A stretch of DNA of 32,000 nt from Opitutia bacterium KCR 482 (lineage in GTDB: Bacteria > Verrucomicrobiota > Verrucomicrobiia > Opitutales > Intestinicryptomonadaceae): assembly GCA_029269845.2 (NCBI GenBank), contig CP149973.1, forward strand, positions 371,214 to 403,213. Reading direction: 5' to 3'. Both the position numbers and the translations under genes were made by a program. Below are positions 17,776-26,053 of the stretch, piece by piece; position 1 is the stretch's first letter; each line of letters starts with the position of its first letter. The notes under the pieces were generated by a model. The model was given only the letters and a program-made list of their open reading frames with translations, did not search any database and had not been told where the DNA came from.

Positions 17776-20700
17776 AAACCGCAAAAAAACTATTGATAAT
17801 CTGCGCCGCGCTTGTAGCGGCGGCTGTCGCGTGCATTTGCGCGGCGCTTTTCAGCGCAACCCTGCAAACGAAAATCGCAAACTCAATCAGCCCGGAACTC
17901 TCGGTTGAGCGCGCAAAAATTTCGCCGACAAGCGCGGAAATCGACGGGCTTAATTTCGGGGAACAAATTTCGGCAAAGAAAATCGAAATCGAGTTTTCGC
18001 CGCTCGCGCTGCTTTCGCGCAACATTAAAATAGACTCGGCGAAAATCGCGGGCTTAAAGGTCTCGACGACGCGCGAAAGCAAAAACGCGCAGGCCGCCCT
18101 CCCCGCCGAAACGCAAAAAACAGCCGACGCAAAAAGCGCGAACGCCGAAACAAAAACGCGGGCGGCGGAAAAGAAAGACGCAACCGCAAAAAAATTCGAA
18201 TTTCCGTGGACTGTGGAAATCGGCGAATTTGCGGGCGACGCCGAAATCGACGGAATGAAATTCGAAGCGTCGGCAAAGAACGTCGAGCTTGAAAAAAACC
18301 TCAAACCGAAATGCGGGCGGATTGCGGTCAAGACAAAGGACGCCGAACTTGCCGCGACTGCGGAGACAAAAAACGGCGCAAGGAAAATAGCCGCCCTTCT
18401 CTCGGCGGACGGCAAAAAAATCGTCCAGCTCTCGGCGGACGCAAACGCCGACTACTCCGCGTTCGACGCCGAAGCCCGCATAGACGCAAACAGCAAAATC
18501 GCCGCAAAATTCGCGCCGCCGTCGCTCGCGCTCCCCGAATTCGAAGTCGCGCTCTACGCGCACGCGAAGGCGGACGCCGCAAACTTTTCGGCTGAGATTA
18601 TCGGCGACGCCAAGGCGTCGGAGCTTGCAAAAATTTCGGAAGCCCTCAAACCGCTCGGCGCGGTCGGCGCGGACGTGCGCATTACCGCAGCTAAAAACGG
18701 CGGCGCGGTCTCGGTAAAAAAATTCGAGGTAAACGTTTCCGAAAGCGGAACGCCGCTGCTCGGCCTCTCAGCAAAACCCTTCGAGGCGAAGTCGCAGGAG
18801 GAGCTTGCGAAGGCGGAAATCGAGGCGACACTCGCAGTCCCCGCGCGTCTCGTAAACGCGTTCGCAAATGGAATCGAGCTGGCGTCAGACGACATTCGCG
18901 GAAAGTTCGCAATCTCGTTCGCAAACGGCGGCGCGGTCGTGAAATCCGCCGCCCCGCTTTCGCTCACCCGCGCGTACATCAGACGCGGCGGCGAGACGGT
19001 CGCCGAAAACCTCAACATTTTCGCGAACGCCGACGCGTTCATAGGCAAAACTTCGACGGCGAAAATATCGCTCGAAGCAGCCGACTCGAAAACCGACAAA
19101 CTCGGAATTTCCGCCGACGCCGAATACGCAAACGGCGCGGCAAAGGCGAAAATCAAAATCGGCGGAAGCATGAACGCGATTGTGGCGCACATTCGCTCGA
19201 TTTCGTCGATGGAGTCGCTGGGGCTTAAAATCGACGGCGAAACCGCGCTCGCATACGCCGACGGAACGGCGACGCTCGAATCGCTGGCAATCGGAATTTC
19301 CGACGCAAACGGCAAAAAGGCGGCGAATATCTCCACACTTTCGAAAATCTCGTACGACACAAAAAACGGCGAGGTTTCGGCGACGTCTGCGGCTCTTGCG
19401 AAAATCTCCGCGCCCGCGTTCCCCTTCTCGCTCGTAAAGCCGTTCGCGCCCGAAATCGACGCGGCAAAGGCGTCGCTGCTCGCCGAAATTTCAATGCCGC
19501 AAAAGAACGTCTACGCGTTCGACGCGGGCGTGTCGGTCGCGGCTCTCTCATATAAAAAGGGCGGAAAATTCCTCGCGCGCGGGCTGTCGGTTTCGACAAA
19601 CGCGAAAGGCTCGTTCGACGGAAAAACGGCGCGGGTCGAAATTCCAAAGTGCGTAATCGGCGAAAACGAAACGCCGTTCTGCACGCTCGGCGCAAAGGCG
19701 GAATACGACACGGCGAAATCCGCGCCGTCGGCGGAAATAGATGCGACAGTCGCGCTCGCGCCGCTCTTCAACCAACCCGCGCTGCTCAAATATTCCAACA
19801 TTTCGCGCGGCACGGCGGATATCAGGGGCGCGTACAAAAACGGCGGGTTCTCGGCGGAAATCGCGGCGCACTCGATAGCAACCCGCACGGCGCAAAACGT
19901 GGCGGATTCGGTGGTAGCAAAGCTTTCGGGCGACGCCGAAAACATCGACGCAAAGCTCTCCATAAAAAGCACGCTCGGCGAAACAAAGGCCTCGGCGAAG
20001 CTCTCGCTGGGAGATGCAATTTCGCTCGACGCCGACGCGCCGTCGATTGTAGTAGACGACATCGCGCTTCTCGCGGGCGCGTTCAAAAACCCGAACTACA
20101 CTGAAAAACAGCCCGAAGCGGGGAAATCGCAGCGCGTGGAAAAGCCCGCGCTTGCGGCCGTATCGGAGTCCAAAAAGGCGGACTCCCTCGCGAAGAAAGA
20201 TGCAAAGGCTTTCTGGAATTTCGGCAAGAATCTTACAGCCTCCGCAAAGGTCGGCAAGGCGGTGTTCGGGGGCAAAACGGTGCTCGAAAAACTAGACGCA
20301 AAGGCGTCGGCGACGGAATCCAAACTCGAAGTATCGAAGCTTTCGCTCCGCGCGTTCGGGGCTGATTTCGCGGGCGCGGCGGCGGTGTCGTTCGACACAA
20401 AGCGCGAAATCCCCTACGAACTTTCCGCGACAAAACTCTCCATGGCGAACCTCGAAGTTTCGGGATTTTTCGCCGACAAAAACAAGCCGCCGATGTCGGG
20501 AATTTTCGACGCTTCGATGGAGCTGAAAGGCTCCGGGAACAACGCCGAACACTTGGCGAAATACCTTACGGGCAACGCCGAAATTAAATCCAAAGGCGGC
20601 GGCACAATCCGCATTCTCGACAAAAATTCCGACGCGGGCGCGGCGGCTGCAATCGCAGGAAACGCGCTGTCAATCGCAGGGCAGCTGCTGGGCGGCAAGG

Positions 20701-21131
20701 TCAAGGAGCTGGGGGGAATCGGCGAGCTGGTGTCGCTGATGACAGAAATGAAATACACCGAGGCCGAAATAAAACTCTCGCGCAACGACGCCGACTTCAA
20801 CTTCAATTTCGATTCCGTCGAAATGAAGACAGACTCCCTCGTGTTCTCGTCGAAAGGCGGCAGGGTGCTCTTCGACCCGACCGTCGATTTCGCGCAGCAA
20901 AAGCTCGACATTCCCGTAAACATCTACGTTGCAAGCTCGACGCGCGGGCTGTTCCAAAGCCTCGGCTACGCGAAGTCCGAATCGCCCATGGCGGGCTACT
21001 TCAAAGGTCCCGAATTTACGGTGTCGGGGACGGTCTCGAAGCCCACAAACAACCTCATAAACGTGCTGACCTCCACGAACAACGCGGTCGGAAACGCGCT
21101 TGACAAACTCAACATCTTCAAACGCAAATGA
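17772..21131 (+). CDS. Large AsmA-like envelope protein (putative intermembrane lipid-transport family)
   Basis: Real start is the ATG at 17772 (MKTAKKLLIICAALVAAAVACICAALF, a single N-terminal anchor), giving 1119 aa. The body is Ala/Lys/Ser-rich and predicted periplasmic. The C-terminal region (LTGNAEIKSKGGGTIRILD ... GPEFTVSGTVSKPTNNL) resembles AsmA/TamB-type C-termini. Family assignment is by resemblance only. Confidence 0.55.
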   Translation: MKTAKKLLIICAALVAAAVACICAALFSATLQTKIANSISPELSVERAKISPTSAEIDGLNFGEQISAKKIEIEFSPLALLSRNIKIDSAKIAGLKVSTTRESKNAQAALPAETQKTADAKSANAETKTRAAEKKDATAKKFEFPWTVEIGEFAGDAEIDGMKFEASAKNVELEKNLKPKCGRIAVKTKDAELAATAETKNGARKIAALLSADGKKIVQLSADANADYSAFDAEARIDANSKIAAKFAPPSLALPEFEVALYAHAKADAANFSAEIIGDAKASELAKISEALKPLGAVGADVRITAAKNGGAVSVKKFEVNVSESGTPLLGLSAKPFEAKSQEELAKAEIEATLAVPARLVNAFANGIELASDDIRGKFAISFANGGAVVKSAAPLSLTRAYIRRGGETVAENLNIFANADAFIGKTSTAKISLEAADSKTDKLGISADAEYANGAAKAKIKIGGSMNAIVAHIRSISSMESLGLKIDGETALAYADGTATLESLAIGISDANGKKAANISTLSKISYDTKNGEVSATSAALAKISAPAFPFSLVKPFAPEIDAAKASLLAEISMPQKNVYAFDAGVSVAALSYKKGGKFLARGLSVSTNAKGSFDGKTARVEIPKCVIGENETPFCTLGAKAEYDTAKSAPSAEIDATVALAPLFNQPALLKYSNISRGTADIRGAYKNGGFSAEIAAHSIATRTAQNVADSVVAKLSGDAENIDAKLSIKSTLGETKASAKLSLGDAISLDADAPSIVVDDIALLAGAFKNPNYTEKQPEAGKSQRVEKPALAAVSESKKADSLAKKDAKAFWNFGKNLTASAKVGKAVFGGKTVLEKLDAKASATESKLEVSKLSLRAFGADFAGAAAVSFDTKREIPYELSATKLSMANLEVSGFFADKNKPPMSGIFDASMELKGSGNNAEHLAKYLTGNAEIKSKGGGTIRILDKNSDAGAAAAIAGNALSIAGQLLGGKVKELGGIGELVSLMTEMKYTEAEIKLSRNDADFNFNFDSVEMKTDSLVFSSKGGRVLFDPTVDFAQQKLDIPVNIYVASSTRGLFQSLGYAKSESPMAGYFKGPEFTVSGTVSKPTNNLINVLTSTNNAVGNALDKLNIFKRK

Positions 21132-21904
21132 AAAAGACAACACGAACAATCGCAAAAATGAAGGGCGTCGAAAAAATCGCGATGCTCACAGCGTACGATA
21201 CCCCAACCGCCGCGCTCGCCGACGCCGCGGGCGTCGACATCGTTTTGATTGGAGACTCGGTCGGCAACACGGTGCTCGGCTATGCTTCGACAGTCCCCGT
21301 GAAAATCGACGACATGGTGCGCCACACCGCCGCGGTGTCGCGCGCAAAGCCCGCCGCGCTAATCGTCGCCGACCTGCCATTTGCCAGCGCGCACCACAAC
21401 TTCGACAGACTTCTCGACGACTGCGCGCGCCTCGTGCAGGAGGGCGGCGCGGACGCCGTGAAAATCGAGGGCGGCGCGGACATGGCGGAGAAAATTTCGC
21501 GCCTGACGAAAGCGGGAATCGCCGTCATGGGGCACATCGGGCTTGAACCCCAGCAGGTCTTGAAGCTCGGCGGATACAGGAAATTCGGGAAGACCGAGGC
21601 GGAACGCGCGAAAATTCTCGCCGACGCAAAGGCTCTCGAAGCCGCAGGAGCGTTCGTTGTCCTCATGGAAATGACCGACGCCGACTGCGCAAAGGCGATC
21701 ACCGAATCGCTGTCCGTGCCCACAATCGGCATAGGCTCCGGCGCGGACTGCGACGGACAGGTGCTTGTCTCCGCAGACGTTTTGGGGCTTTCCGCAACGC
21801 CGCCGTCGTTCTCAAAACGCTACGCAAACGTGGGCGGAATAATCGAAAAGGCTTTTCGCGAATACATCGCCGACGTGCGCGGCGGACGCTTCCCGAACAA
21901 GTAG
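21128..21904 (+). CDS. panB: 3-methyl-2-oxobutanoate hydroxymethyltransferase (ketopantoate hydroxymethyltransferase)
   Basis: The 258-aa protein carries IAMLTAYD, VLIGDSVGNTVLGY, VVADLPF, AVKIEGG, VMGHIGLEPQ and PTIGIGSG, the canonical PanB blocks. Confidence 0.95.
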   Translation: MKKTTRTIAKMKGVEKIAMLTAYDTPTAALADAAGVDIVLIGDSVGNTVLGYASTVPVKIDDMVRHTAAVSRAKPAALIVADLPFASAHHNFDRLLDDCARLVQEGGADAVKIEGGADMAEKISRLTKAGIAVMGHIGLEPQQVLKLGGYRKFGKTEAERAKILADAKALEAAGAFVVLMEMTDADCAKAITESLSVPTIGIGSGADCDGQVLVSADVLGLSATPPSFSKRYANVGGIIEKAFREYIADVRGGRFPNK

Positions 21905-22393
21905 ATGAAAAAGTACGAAGTAAGAAAATCGCCGATACACGGCAACGGCGTCTTCGCCGCGTGCGACATCGCAGAGGGGGAATGGATTATCGACTACCTC
22001 GGCGAAAAAATCGACAAGGAGGAGTCCAACCGCCGCGGGCTTGCGAACGAGGAGGCGGCAAAATCGAGCGGCGGAGGCGCGGTGTACATCTTCGAGCTTG
22101 ACGACAAATACGACATCGACGGAAACTTCGAATACAACGACGCCCGCTTCATAAACCACGCCTGCCGCACCAACTGCGAAGCCGTAAACGAGGACGGCAC
22201 AATAAAATTCTACGCCACGCGCGACATCAAAAAAGGCGAGGAGCTTCTCTACAACTACGGCTACGCGCTCGAACACTTTCTCGACCACCCATGCCGCTGC
22301 GGATTCCCCGAATGCGTCGGCTACATCGTGGCGGAATGGGACAGGCTGAAACTGCGCAAGCTGCTGAAAGGCAGACGCCCGAAAAAGCATTGA
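21905..22393 (+). CDS. SET-domain protein-lysine N-methyltransferase with post-SET Zn cluster
   Basis: The 162-aa protein carries IHGNGVFA, RFINHACRTN (NHxC motif), EELLYNYGY (ELxxxY motif), a post-SET CRCGFPEC and a basic C-terminal tail RLKLRKLLKGRRPKKH. Its start codon directly abuts the panB stop (TAGATG). Confidence 0.85.
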   Translation: MKKYEVRKSPIHGNGVFAACDIAEGEWIIDYLGEKIDKEESNRRGLANEEAAKSSGGGAVYIFELDDKYDIDGNFEYNDARFINHACRTNCEAVNEDGTIKFYATRDIKKGEELLYNYGYALEHFLDHPCRCGFPECVGYIVAEWDRLKLRKLLKGRRPKKH

Positions 22394-22429
22394 CACACCC
22401 CGAAGCTTCGGTCATAATCGAATTCCATT

Positions 22430-24871
22430 ATGACAGGAAAACATCTATTGATTGTTGGGGCACTAAGTTTAATATCCGCCATTTCTTTTGCGAATACTGA
22501 AAAATATAAATCGATTTCGGGCATCTATCCGCACCTTTCGATGTGGAACAGCGAGGGCGAATGCGGCACGGGGGCGGTCGTTCCGTGGGCGGGCAAACTC
22601 TGGGCTATAACCTACGGCCCGCACGTCGTTTTCGAGTCTGACGACAGGCTTTACGAAATCGACCAAAACCTCGACCGCGCAATCCGCCCCGAATCGCTCG
22701 GCGGAACGCACGCAAACAGGCTCGTCCACGAGGCCTCGAAACAGCTTGTAATCGGCTGCTATTTCATCGACGAAAAGGGAAACGTCCGCGCAATCGACCG
22801 CAAAAAAATGGCGGGCAGGCTCACCGGCACTGCGCGTTCGCAAACCGACGACAAAAACAAAGTCTTCTTCGCGACAATGGAGGAAGGCCTCTACGAAGTT
22901 GACGTCAACACCCTCGACGCGCGCGAAATAATCCGCGACGGCAACCTTAAACCGCACCCCGACAACGCCGACGGCAAAAAGCCGAAAAGCTCGAAGCTCC
23001 ACGGCTACCACGGCAAGGGCTTCTACGCGGGATTCGGCAAGCTGTTCTACTCAAACAACGGCGTGCGGCACAAAAACGTGGACAAAGACCCGACGCTGAA
23101 ATCGGGCGCGCTCGCAAGCTGGTCGCCCGACGACAAAGACTGGACGCCGATTCGCATTTGCCAATTCACGGAAATCACGGGCAAAGACGGAATCAAAGGC
23201 AGCTCCGCGCCCGACAAAACGCCGCTCTGGTCGCTCGGCTTCGACGCGAAATCGGTAATTTTAATGCTCTGCGAAAACGGCAAATGGCTCTCGTACCGCC
23301 TGCCGAAAGCATCGCACTCCTACGACGGCTCGCACGGCTGGAACACAGAATGGCCGCGCATTCGCGACATCGGCGAAGACGACTTCCTCATGACAATGCA
23401 CGGCGCGTTCTGGAAATTCCCGCCTAACTTCGACTCGGAACACGCCAGGGGAATCAGAATGCGCTCGAACTACCTCAAAGTAGTCGGCGACTTCTGCGAA
23501 TGGAACGGGAAAATCGTCCTCGGCTGCGACGACTCCGCCCAAAAGGAGTTCTACAACAAACGCCCGATGAAAGCCGAAAACTGCTCGCCCGAAAAATCTA
23601 ACTCGAACCTCGTGTTTATAGACCCCGAACAGCTCGACAAGCTCGGCACGCCAATCGGGCGCGGCAGCGTGTTCCTGCGCGAAGACGCCGTGCGCGGCAC
23701 GCTATCCGAACCCATGCTTGTGGGCGGTTTTTCGAAACGCGTCCTAACGCTTTCGTGCGCCAACAAAAAACCCGTCAGGGTGGCGGTGGTCTCGATCTCG
23801 GCGGACGGCTCGAAAAGCTCGAAGATCGTCGAGATTTCCGAATCCGCGCCGAAGTTCGAAACGCTCGACTCCGACGCCGAATGGGCGCAAATAGAAGCCC
23901 TCGACGACGTGTACTCACTCACCGCCCACTTCGACCTATCTTCGCCCGAAAAGCGAAAAAACCAACCCTCCACCGAATTCGACGGAATCGCGCGGATTGA
24001 AAACGGCGCGGACTCCGTCGCCCTCATGCGCTCAACCGCCGACAAAACCCTCGCAATCGTCGCCCTCCGCAAAAACAAAAGCGGCGGCTTCGACGAAATC
24101 GGCACATACGCGCTCGACACAAACCTGAACCTCAAAGCCGCAAAGCTCGACGCAAAAACCGCGGACGCGGTGCGCTCCACAATGATAAAGCCCGAAGGCG
24201 TGAGCTTCGACGGCGGCTCCGTGCTCGTGGTCGAAGACGGCAAGCGGTACAGACTGCCGCTCGACAGGCGTTTCCTGAACATGCCGCCGAACGCGCGGGT
24301 CGCCCGCGAAGTGGCGACGGAACGCGACCTCTTCAACTGCGGCGGAACTTTCTACGAACTGCCCGCGCGCAACGCGCAGGGAATGGCGAAAATCCGCCCG
24401 ATTGCCTCGCACCCCTTCGCCGTGTTCGACTACGCCTCGTTCTGCGGGCTGATGTTCATAAGCGGCATGTCCGACACCGCCGCCGCAAACAACCCGCACG
24501 TCATAGTTTCCGACGACGGCAAATTCTCGCTCTGGGCAGGCTCAATCGACGACCTCTGGAAGCTCGGCAAGCCCGTCGGCGAAGGCTGCGCGTGGCAAAA
24601 CCAGGCGGTCGAAAACGGCTCTGTCTCAGACCCCTTCCTGCTGACGGGCTACGACAAAAAGACGCTGAAAATCTCCTCCGAAAATGACGTGAAAATCGCC
24701 GTCGAAATCGACGTAGACGGCACGGGGCTTTGGCTCGAATACGGCGTGATTGACGTTAAGGGCGGCGAAGCATTCGAAAAGCTTATGCCCGAAAATTTCT
24801 CCGGCTACTGGGTGCGATTCCGCGCCCTCGGCGAGTCGCCGTCGATAACGGCGTCGCTGCTCTACGAATAG
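22430..24871 (+). CDS. Secreted protein of unknown function (813 aa)
   Basis: The signal peptide is MTGKHLLIVGALSLISAISFA. Codon usage is native (sampled GC3 about 79%). I recognise no family motif. The N-terminal ~400 aa is rich in Trp/Gly/Asp turns and may be a propeller-like fold, and the C-terminal ~110 aa looks like a beta-sandwich. These fold statements are impressions, not predictions I could compute. Confidence 0.8.
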   Translation: MTGKHLLIVGALSLISAISFANTEKYKSISGIYPHLSMWNSEGECGTGAVVPWAGKLWAITYGPHVVFESDDRLYEIDQNLDRAIRPESLGGTHANRLVHEASKQLVIGCYFIDEKGNVRAIDRKKMAGRLTGTARSQTDDKNKVFFATMEEGLYEVDVNTLDAREIIRDGNLKPHPDNADGKKPKSSKLHGYHGKGFYAGFGKLFYSNNGVRHKNVDKDPTLKSGALASWSPDDKDWTPIRICQFTEITGKDGIKGSSAPDKTPLWSLGFDAKSVILMLCENGKWLSYRLPKASHSYDGSHGWNTEWPRIRDIGEDDFLMTMHGAFWKFPPNFDSEHARGIRMRSNYLKVVGDFCEWNGKIVLGCDDSAQKEFYNKRPMKAENCSPEKSNSNLVFIDPEQLDKLGTPIGRGSVFLREDAVRGTLSEPMLVGGFSKRVLTLSCANKKPVRVAVVSISADGSKSSKIVEISESAPKFETLDSDAEWAQIEALDDVYSLTAHFDLSSPEKRKNQPSTEFDGIARIENGADSVALMRSTADKTLAIVALRKNKSGGFDEIGTYALDTNLNLKAAKLDAKTADAVRSTMIKPEGVSFDGGSVLVVEDGKRYRLPLDRRFLNMPPNARVAREVATERDLFNCGGTFYELPARNAQGMAKIRPIASHPFAVFDYASFCGLMFISGMSDTAAANNPHVIVSDDGKFSLWAGSIDDLWKLGKPVGEGCAWQNQAVENGSVSDPFLLTGYDKKTLKISSENDVKIAVEIDVDGTGLWLEYGVIDVKGGEAFEKLMPENFSGYWVRFRALGESPSITASLLYE

Positions 24872-24891
24872 ACGGACGAAAATCCGAAAGC

Positions 24892-24921
24892 AAAAATGCG
24901 CGGCAAACAACCGCGCATTTT
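24892..24921. terminator. Bidirectional intrinsic terminator between the 813-aa gene (+) and birA (-)
   Basis: AAAATGCGCGG (24893-24903) pairs with CCGCGCATTTT (24911-24921) around the loop caaacaa. The A/T arms give U-tracts in both directions. Confidence 0.75.
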
Positions 24922-25706
24922 CATTTTACGGGGAATGCCTCCACCGCCGCGTAGAATTTCGGCGGCTCGCCGTTTTCCGAAATTCCGATTCTGCCGAAAT
25001 CGTCAACTCCGCACGCAACGCCGTCGATAATCCGCCCGCCGACGTCGAGCCGCATGCGCCTGCCGCGCAGCCAGTCGAAGCGCGAGAATCCGCGCGACAG
25101 CCCGTCGGTCGAGACGCGCTCCGCCGCACGCAACGCCGACGCCGCGACAATCCCGCACGCCGCGTTCATCGAAACTCCGCCGGCGCTTGCGGATTCGAGG
25201 CTGTCCATCGACGCCCGCACGTCTTCGGGGGCGTCCAAGCTTCCCGAAAAGCAGTTGATGCCCGCGCCGAAAACCGCGCTCCGCGCCCCGCCGCCGACAT
25301 GCAGCTCGGTTAGCATTCCGCCGATTTTCCCGCCGCGCTTCGAATAGAGGTCGTTGGGCCACTTCAAAAAAAGCTCCGCGCCGAAAGCGCGTTCGAAAGC
25401 CGCGCAAAGCTCGACGCCGCACGCCACCGTAAACGAAGACACAAGCCCCGCGTCGCGCGGAAGTTCGACCGCCACAGAAACGCAAAGCGTAGACGCGGCG
25501 TCGGAATACCAGCGGCGGTCGAGCCGCCCGCGCCCGCGCGTCTGCGTCTTTGCCGCCACGACAAACGGAGGGCGTTCGCCGCCGCGGAGCATGCGCATGG
25601 CGTCGTCGTTCGTGCTTTGCGTGGTATCGAAAAAATACAGTGCGCCGCCGAATCCCGCTTTTTCAAGCTCGGCAAGCAGTTTCGATTTTTCGAGAGTATC
25701 GGACAT
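24921..25706 (-). CDS. birA: Biotin--[acetyl-CoA-carboxylase] ligase (group I, no HTH domain)
   Basis: The 261-aa protein has the biotin-binding loop TQTRGRGRLDRRWYS (GRGRxxRxW), KWPNDLY and GGMLTE. Confidence 0.9.
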   Translation of the reverse strand: MSDTLEKSKLLAELEKAGFGGALYFFDTTQSTNDDAMRMLRGGERPPFVVAAKTQTRGRGRLDRRWYSDAASTLCVSVAVELPRDAGLVSSFTVACGVELCAAFERAFGAELFLKWPNDLYSKRGGKIGGMLTELHVGGGARSAVFGAGINCFSGSLDAPEDVRASMDSLESASAGGVSMNAACGIVAASALRAAERVSTDGLSRGFSRFDWLRGRRMRLDVGGRIIDGVACGVDDFGRIGISENGEPPKFYAAVEAFPVK

Positions 25707-25753
25707 GTTTTGGATTATCGCAGACGCCGCAGAAGTCGGTCAAGGCAAAGGCT

Positions 25754-25789
25754 AAAAAACAAAAAAACCGACATATTTTAATATGCCGG
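25754..25789 (-). terminator. Rho-independent terminator downstream of the bS22-like gene
   Basis: Minus strand reads CCGGCATAT-taaa-ATATGTCGG (8 of 9 pairs) followed by TTTTTTTGTTTTTT. Confidence 0.6.
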
Positions 25790-25846
25790 CTTCGCAAACT
25801 TTGCGAGCAAAAAACGCTCTGTGCGCTTTGACGGACGCTTTTGCGC

Positions 25847-25948
25847 TTAGCACGCCCACGTGCGCTTCTTATGACGATTCGCCTTTGAACGCTTCGAGCG
25901 CTTGTGCTTATTCATCTTCAATCTGCGTTTTTTCTTTAAGTTTGCCAT
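25847..25948 (-). CDS. Small basic protein, probable ribosomal protein bS22 (AURKAIP1/COX24-type)
   Basis: Hand translation gives [33 protein letters not shown] (33 aa, 18 K/R/H). An SD-like AAGG lies 7 nt upstream and a terminator lies downstream. The KKRRxKMxKHK core resembles mycobacterial bS22 as I recall it. The ORF is absent from the track because of its length. Confidence 0.6.
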   Translation of the reverse strand: MANLKKKRRLKMNKHKRSKRSKANRHKKRTWAC

Positions 25949-26053
25949 TTTACTACCTTATTATTGTTTGAATATAAAGTTCTGTTTTTTTGAAAAGACA
26001 AATATAATCCGCAAAAACTCCGTTTTGTAAAGCTTTTTATTAATTTATTTTTG

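Noticed and set aside
18554-19360. 268-aa minus-strand ORF (and neighbours at 17726-18415, 19511-20086 and 20414-20923) inside the AsmA-like gene
   Set aside because: These are the reverse complement of Ala/Lys/Glu-rich coding sequence, which yields Ser/Phe/Ala-rich shadow ORFs. They have no start context, no terminator and no independent signal.
22400-22411. Perfect palindrome CCGAAGCTTCGG between SET and the 813-aa gene, considered as a terminator or attenuator
   Set aside because: It has only a 4-6 bp effective stem, no following U-tract, and contains a HindIII-type AAGCTT core that can arise by chance. At most it is a minor RNA structure within a polycistronic transcript.
22430-22525. 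AT-rich first ~95 nt of the 813-aa gene, considered as a foreign insertion or mis-called start
   Set aside because: It encodes a normal signal peptide, and low GC at the 5' end of coding regions is common because it reduces mRNA structure. The rest of the gene has native GC3.
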